A DNA stretch of 64,000 nt from contig NW_005434608.1 in assembly GCF_000315625.1 (NCBI RefSeq), forward strand, positions 381,747 through 445,746, read 5' to 3'. The DNA comes from Guillardia theta CCMP2712. Lineage: Eukaryota; Protista; Cryptophyta. The stretch's first letter is position 1. The number at the start of each line of letters is the position of its first letter. The position numbers and the translations under genes were made by a program. Below the pieces are notes generated by a model. That model was not told the DNA's origin. It ran no database searches and saw nothing but the letters and a program-made list of their open reading frames with translations. This document shows positions 45,601-64,000 of the stretch, in pieces.

Positions 45601-48600
45601 AATCCTTCTGGGAGCGACTTGCCAAGATCGCGGCCCTCTCCCCCCCTCCCGAGGACCTTCTCCTCAAGCTGGAGCTGGACTACTTCGACAAGTCTGTCAT
45701 CCAAGACCTCGAGGCCGCCAACTGGTCCCTCCGAGAAGCCATCCAGCTCGTCTTGATCGAGGGCAAGCGAGACCTCGACGAGGTGGCTGGCGACGTCGAC
45801 GACAACAGCAAGGCGAAGCTTGGGCTGTTCTTGAAGGAAGTCGAGGCGCAGGAGGCTCGCCTGAGGGCCGCAGGAGAGTCGGAGCTGTTCAAGCCCTCCC
45901 AGCGCCCCTCCTCCTCTACCGAGAACAAGCTGCTGGCCAAGTACGACCGCGTGCTGCAGACCTTGGCGTGGCTGCTGGTCTCGCCGGACGCGGAGGGGAA
46001 GCAGAGCAAGGCAGCGGCGCTCCGAGAGCTCGTCGAGCCTCATCTCCTCCAGGATCGCCTCGACATCTTGACGGCGGCAGACGCGCTCGCCGTGGGCACG
46101 AGGAGCAAGGAAGCTCTCACCGCCGGCAAGTCGGAGGCTGAAGCTCTGCTCATCGACAGGCTGCTCGAGCATGTCCACGCGGGGGTCAATGACCTCTCCT
46201 CGCGGCGAGCGAAGCACAACCTCGACGTGCTGGAGGCTCTGGGCAAGAAGGAAGACGCCTGGAGCGAGCAGTCGGCTTTGGGTATCAAGCAAGCGAAGAA
46301 GCACGACCTGCTATGGAAGCGCTTTGTGCAGCTGGTGCTGAAGCCGTCAGAAGCGAGCAAGTCACGGTATCGGATCTGCTCTGGGAGCCAAGAGGACGAG
46401 ATGAAGTGTATCTTTGATGACATCTTACCTCGCATGGAGAAGTGTGGGTGGGACATTCGGATCCCTCTGATCAGGTTTCGAGAGGGTGAAACTGACAGAA
46501 CTCGGTTTCTTGCAACAGTGACGGACAAGAATGATTTGCAACTGCTGGAGTATGTGTTTGATAACTACATTGCCAGTCATCTACCTCAAAGCTCTAGCTC
46601 GGTCTTTCACTGTGACAGTAGCATTGCATGGTTCTCTCTGCAACAATTCACTCTTCTGTCCTGTGTTGCTCAGCTAAGCAGCCAGGACTTGTTTGACAGG
46701 AGTGATTTCAGGCTGGCTCATCAAACTCTCCATGAAGTTCGTCGTATGTATATGGATCAGCTTTTACGTGCTACAGCAGACAACTATACCTCCTTGATCC
46801 CCAAAGTTGAGAAATTCTGGGATGGAGTGCGTGATGAAAATGTCTTGATCTCAGATCTTGACGCTGACGAGGCAGCACTGATGAACATCCTTCTTCGATT
46901 GCATACTGCTTTCTCCCAGAGCTCAGCCGACAGACAGGCGTCAATCAATGCGATTCTAAAAGATCTCCTGCCCAAGAATGAAATCGAGGTTTGTTTGTGT
47001 AGCTGATACGAATATCAAAGCATATGAAGCTCCTGTTGGGCAGGTGTTGATCGTTGGGTGGGCGTGTGTAGATGATTCGAGAGACCTGAAAGTTAAACAA
47101 AACTTGCGGGACAGGATAATATTTTACATCCTCAATCAAGCGACCTCGGACTCATTCCCTGAAGAGCTTGAGGTATATGAGACAAAGTCTCAACCCCTAG
47201 CTTGACTGCGTTGATTGTCGACAGGATGCTTTGGATCAACTGCTAGCCGTCCATGTTGTTACTGAAGCTTCAATGTTGTCGTCGCAAAGGTTTTTCATGA
47301 ATTCGCTCATTTGTCCTTGTCAGGAATAGACTAGATGGCAATCATGCTAAGTTTTTGCGGCAAGTCATGATATGCATAAAAAACATCAGCCCATCTTTGC
47401 TCAAGGTAAGAAAGCATGATACAGATCTCCGAACACATAGCAGTGGTGCAGGAAGCTGTGGACAACAGCACTCAAGTTGCGATCAAAACCAACATGTTGA
47501 CGGAGAGTGCATATGAAAAGACTTTTCGCTCGAAAGAAGACGCTTTTCGTCGTGCTGCTCAGGTGATTTGGCTACTGAGGTGTTCCACCCTCAAGATCAC
47601 ATGGAGCTGAACACATTGCGACAGCTCTGTGATGCAGATTGCGCCGAGAGATATAAGACAGAGAGGATGTTTCCAGGTGCGTGTACTTTCATTCACCTCA
47701 CGACAGTCATGTTTCAACATCAGGCACATTGGAGAGGGAGCGAGAACTGATGATTTCTCACTTCTTTGAGGTGAGGAGATGCTAGCATAGATTTAACCAT
47801 GTCGGCACTGAGTTTCAACATCTGCAGCCGATGAAGGAAAAGTTAGGGTCTGGCATCACAGACGCGATTAAGAAGATGTGGAATGGAACGCTATCTCTCT
47901 CTAAACTCTGCGAAGGTCAGAACATACGGGCCTTGCTCCTTCTTGCCACCTGAACCTGCGCTTTCAGATCTTAAGGATACCAAACACGTTGGGGCGAGAT
48001 TCAGCATTTGGAAAACCATCAAATTCACAAAACAATATGGTTTGAAAGATTCAACATGTGCAGATCCAGATAAAGGCGAGATCATCTACTACAACGACGA
48101 GACAGAACAAGAAGAGGATGAGGGGAATGATATTTGGACCCGATTCAAATCCTTCTGGGAGCGACTGGCCAAGATCGCGGCCCTCTCCCCCCCTCCCGAG
48201 GACCTTCTCCTCAAGCTGGAGCTGGACTACTTCGACAAGTCTGTCATCCAAGACCTCGAGGCCGCCAACTGGTCCCTCCGAGAAGCCATCCAGCTCGTCT
48301 TGATCGAGGGCAAGCGAGACCTCGACGAGGTGGCTGGCGACGTCGACGACAACAGCAAGGCGAAGCTCGGGCTGTTCTTGAAGGAAGTCGAGGCGCAGGA
48401 GGCTCGCCTGAGGGCCGCAGGAGAGTCGGAGCTGTTCAAGCCCTCCCAGCGCCCCTCCTCCTCTACCGAGAACAAGCTGCTGGCCAAGTACGACCGCGTG
48501 CTGCAGACCTTGGCGTGGCTGCTGGTCTCGCCGGACGCGGAGGGGAAGCAGAGCAAGGCAGCGGCGCTCCGAGAGCTCGTCGAGCCTCATCTCCTCCAGG

Positions 48601-49142
48601 ATCGCCTCGACATCTTGACGGCGGCAGACGCGCTCGCCGTGGGCACGAGGAGCAAGGAAGCTCTCACCGCCGGCAAGTCGGAGGCTGAAGCTCTGCTCAT
48701 CGACAGGCTGCTCGAGCATGTCCACGCGGGGGTCAATGACCTCTCCTCGCGGCGAGCGAAGCACAACCTCGACGTGCTGGAGGCTCTGGGCAAGAAGGAA
48801 GACGCCTGGAGCGAGCAGTCGGCTTTGGGTATCAGGCAAGCGAAGAAGCACGACCTGCTATGGAAGCGCTTTGTGCAGCTGGTGCTGAAGCCGTCAGAAG
48901 CGAGCAAGTCGCGGTATCGGATCTGCTCTGGGAGCCAAGAGGACGAGATGAGGTGTATCTTTGATGACATCTTACCTCGCATGGAGCAAGACGGGTGGGA
49001 CATTCGGATCCCTCTGATCAGGTTTCGTGATGGGAAAAGAACGAAAGATGATTTGATTCAGGGCATTGAAGACCCTCTTGATGTACAACTGCTGGAGTAT
49101 GTGTTTGATACATACTTTGCAACCTCTGTCTGCGAGAATTGA
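42650..49142 (+). CDS. TIR-TIR - IRAK/Pelle-like Ser/Thr kinase - PB1/ubiquitin-like - helical repeat protein, multi-exon
   Basis: MGCGGS N-terminus. [11 protein letters not shown]...FLDE...[19 protein letters not shown]...CFEY. Kinase [60 protein letters not shown]. Introns at about 44211-44256 and 44457-44514 join the ORFs; exons continue to 49142. Confidence 0.87.
45597..46480 (+). repeat. copy 1 of an approximately 884-bp near-identical intragenic duplication
   Basis: Matches 48144-49027 at a constant offset of 2547 with only about 10 substitutions seen by eye. Confidence 0.97.
48144..49027 (+). repeat. copy 2 of the approximately 884-bp intragenic duplication
   Basis: Matches 45597-46480. 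Confidence 0.97.
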
Positions 49143-49587
49143 ATTTCGAGTGTAGTTCTAGTCTCATCTCTGCTATAGTATGTGCAATATGATGTATAAA
49201 GTTTGATCAAGACTATGAATGTGAAGCATTGACTGACAATTCTAGTGCGGCTCCGATGATGCCCGGTGCTGCTCAGTGATGCCTCAGCTTGGCCCCCGGC
49301 CGGGCCCGCCGGCTGACTCACCGGGGGGTCCGATCACCGCACTGAGGTCTTGCTTTGTATCCTTAGGGATACTTGTGGCGCCAGTGCTTCCCTTCGGAAC
49401 CCACAATGGAGTGACGTCATGAAGGCGTGGCGAACGGACAGTTGATAAGCAGACAAGACAGACAGACAGACAAGACAAGACAAGACAGGACAGGACAAGA
49501 CAAGACAAGACAGAAGTAGAGATCGGGGAAAGGTGATCGAGTGATCGAGTGAGATAGGAAGGGAAAGAGCGTGAGACTGAGGAACTC

Positions 49588-61627
<12,040 letters not shown>

Positions 61628-61689
61628 GAGGTCGACAGGCTATTATGTGAATACAACTCAAGTTAAGATGAGACAAAAAGTATAGTTCA

Positions 61690-62300
61690 GCCTTCAATCA
61701 ATTGGGTGTACTCTCCATGATCGCAATGACATCCACAAGAGACTCTTCCCGTCGAAGCGCCTCCACCTGCCGACATGGTCAGCACAGTCCTCCCCCTCCT
61801 CTCTTGCCTCGTCGTCAATCCTCTCCTCTCACTTCCAAACTCACCGTTGCCGACAACTTGTTCTTGTTCTTCGTCAGAACACTCATCAGCTTGATGATCG
61901 CCCACCTCGCCTGCTCCGCCGTCACTTCCTCCACGGAGCATTCCAATCCTTCCTTCACCCCCATTTTCTCCTGCCCCCCTCGTTTCCTCCCTCCTCCTGC
62001 CCCCTCCCCCCCGACTCCCTCGTTCCCTCCCTCGCTCCCTCACCTGCCCCTGCATCTTCTCCGGCTGCATCACGTCGTAGCTCATGAGCATGCAGGTGTC
62101 GAGCTGCTGGAAGCAGAGAGCTCCGTTGATGCTTCCTCCGAACTTGATGTACTCCGCCACCGGCCCCGCAAGCAGCGTCAAGCTGGAGGCGAGCAGACGT
62201 CAGATGACGCGAAGGAGACGGAGACAGCGATCAGAGGTAACGGCGAAGAGAAGGAGAGCAAGATTGTTACGAACACGAAGAGCAGGATCAGGATCAGGAT

Positions 62301-62339
<39 letters not shown>

Positions 62340-62340
62340 A

Positions 62341-62378
<38 letters not shown>

Positions 62379-63402
62379 TCAACAAGAAGCATCAAGAGAG
62401 GAGCACAGCAGAGAAAGGAGGCAGAGGCTTCCCATCGCCCTCAGCACCTGAGATGATCGATCTCCTTGCTCGTGTACCCGTTCCTGATCGGCTCCGGGTT
62501 CAGCCCTCCGAACATCATGTCCCCCTACTCGCGGACAACGTGAGCCGACAACCTGCTGCCTCCTCTACTCACATCGCTCGGGATCTCACTCTCCAGGGAC
62601 GCCCAGGGGGGCAGGCCGAGCGGACGGTTCCTGGGAACCACCTGAAGCCTCTCGTCATACCGACAGTCTCCCCCTGACAGCTCCTGCCCACCTCGGGGTC
62701 TCCTCTCCTTGACGAGAAGACCTGAGCTCTTCCTGTCGGCCTTGTCCGCAGAGGATATCCGATGTACTCCCTGCTCCTCTCGTCACGTCGCTCCTCCCCG
62801 CCCTCCCTCTCAGCACCTGCGGTACTCCTGCACTGGGAGGCCACACATGTACGCCACCATGAGATGAGCCGCCTTTAGACTTGCGTCATCCCCCTGCCCC
62901 CTCCCCTCCTCCCTTTCTCCTCCCCATCCTTCCCTTCCTTCCTTCCTTCCTTCCTCTTCCTCCTCCTCCTTCCTCCTCCTCACATCCTCCACTCTTCCCC
63001 CCTCCTTCCCTCCCCCGCCCCCCCCCCCGTCTTCCTCCCTGCCTGCTCCTTCCCCCCTCCTCCTCCAGTCTTACCTCGGATACCAGGGCCCTCTCCTTGT
63101 AGTCATCGTAGTTCAACTGCCAGAACCTGCTCCTCCGTCAACCCTGCAGCAGCGCTCACACCGCCTCCTCCACCTCTGCACCAGCCAGTCGTTGACTTGC
63201 TGCCCGAAGAAACCAGATGCGATGTTGAGGAGGAGGGCACCGTATCCCAGGTCCGCAAACGTCTGTGCGGAGGAGCTGGAAAGAGCTCCGACCTTCTCCA
63301 AGTACCCGGCGAAGATCAGGCCCAGCCCTCCGAACATAAGCAGAGCTCCTGAGAATGAGTTCTTGACCTTGGGTGCAACTCGTCAATACGAGGCAGGCAG
63401 CC

Positions 63403-63447
<45 letters not shown>

Positions 63448-64000
63448 GGGTGAGCGTGAGGAGGAGGAGGAGGAGGAGGAGGAGGAGGAGGAGGAGGAGG
63501 AGGAGGAGGAGGAGCTACCTGGAGGGCCTTGTAGGAGCTGACTCCAAAGGAGACGTCCACGCTCCCTTCCTTGGTCTTGCTGGCGCTCAACAGCTGAGGA
63601 AGGCTGTTGCCTCCTCGAAAGCCCATCGCTCCCAGCTCAGCATCCAGCCGGTTCCACACCTGCAGCTTTCCTGCCGTCTACCAGGTTGATAGCTCAGGAC
63701 GGAAACAAGGAGGGGAGGCAGGAGGACCTTGAGGTCGTCGAGAGCGTCAGTGGTCCTTGAGATGTCAGTTCGTGATCCGGTGACGGGGACGAGGCGAACA
63801 TCCTTCAGGGATTCGATCACAGCTTCGTAGGTGAGCGCGTAGTCATGCGCAGCTTCTGCGTGATGCTGAAAGTCTGAGGTTGCGATCCTTCGCTCTGCGT
63901 CGTCCGCTTCCAAGATCGCCTCTCGGGACTTTTCGGCGTACTTCTGCGCCAACGTGGTGGTTCCTCGCTCTCGCTCAGCCTTTTCTGCAGCAGCCGCAAG
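61690..64000 (-). CDS. peptidase M41-like (VIR3 / cyanobacterial FtsH-protease-domain-only family) membrane protein, 5' end outside the window, metal ligands degenerate
   Basis: Two transmembrane segments, then YKERALVSE/AAHLMVAYMCGLPVQEY (compare HEAGH.LVAYL.G.P..Y) and LLAGPVAEYIKFGGSING (compare AG..AE...G...GG..D). Confidence 0.7.

Noticed and set aside
45528-49003. Minus-strand ORFs duplicated at 45528-46528 and 48051-49003
   Set aside because: Antisense shadows of the GC-rich duplicated coding segment.

Overview
Eukaryotic nuclear DNA from an alga with a red-lineage secondary plastid. The short GT-AG introns (often about 45-60 nt), signal peptide + Phe plastid presequences, nuclear psaR and a plant-type phytochrome architecture point to a cryptophyte such as Guillardia theta (inference). 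From left to right: a 15-bp minisatellite; an F-box/LRR gene; a plastid-targeted di-iron hydroxylase; an unknown many-exon gene; psaR; a PGM1_C/IQCH-like gene with a GMTLF repeat; a truncated Ty1/copia element abutting the 3' end of a phytochrome-like histidine kinase that has lost its canonical bilin-binding residues; a DnaJ-membrane protein; a thylakoid-lumen FKBP; an EF-hand/WD40 protein; a VPS13; and a partial, probably inactive M41/VIR3-like plastid protein. The most striking element is at 35.3-49.1 kb, where two large genes lie head-to-head with start codons only about 115 bp apart. One encodes DOC/APC10 - zinc fingers - ankyrin - three SpoVK/CbbX-type AAA+ modules - Cys/His tail. The other encodes a putatively acylated nested TIR-in-TIR - non-RD IRAK/Pelle-like kinase with recently duplicated helical repeats. 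Together they look like a paired innate-immunity/sensor locus. All calls come from reading motifs by eye; no database searches were run and exon boundaries are approximate unless stated.
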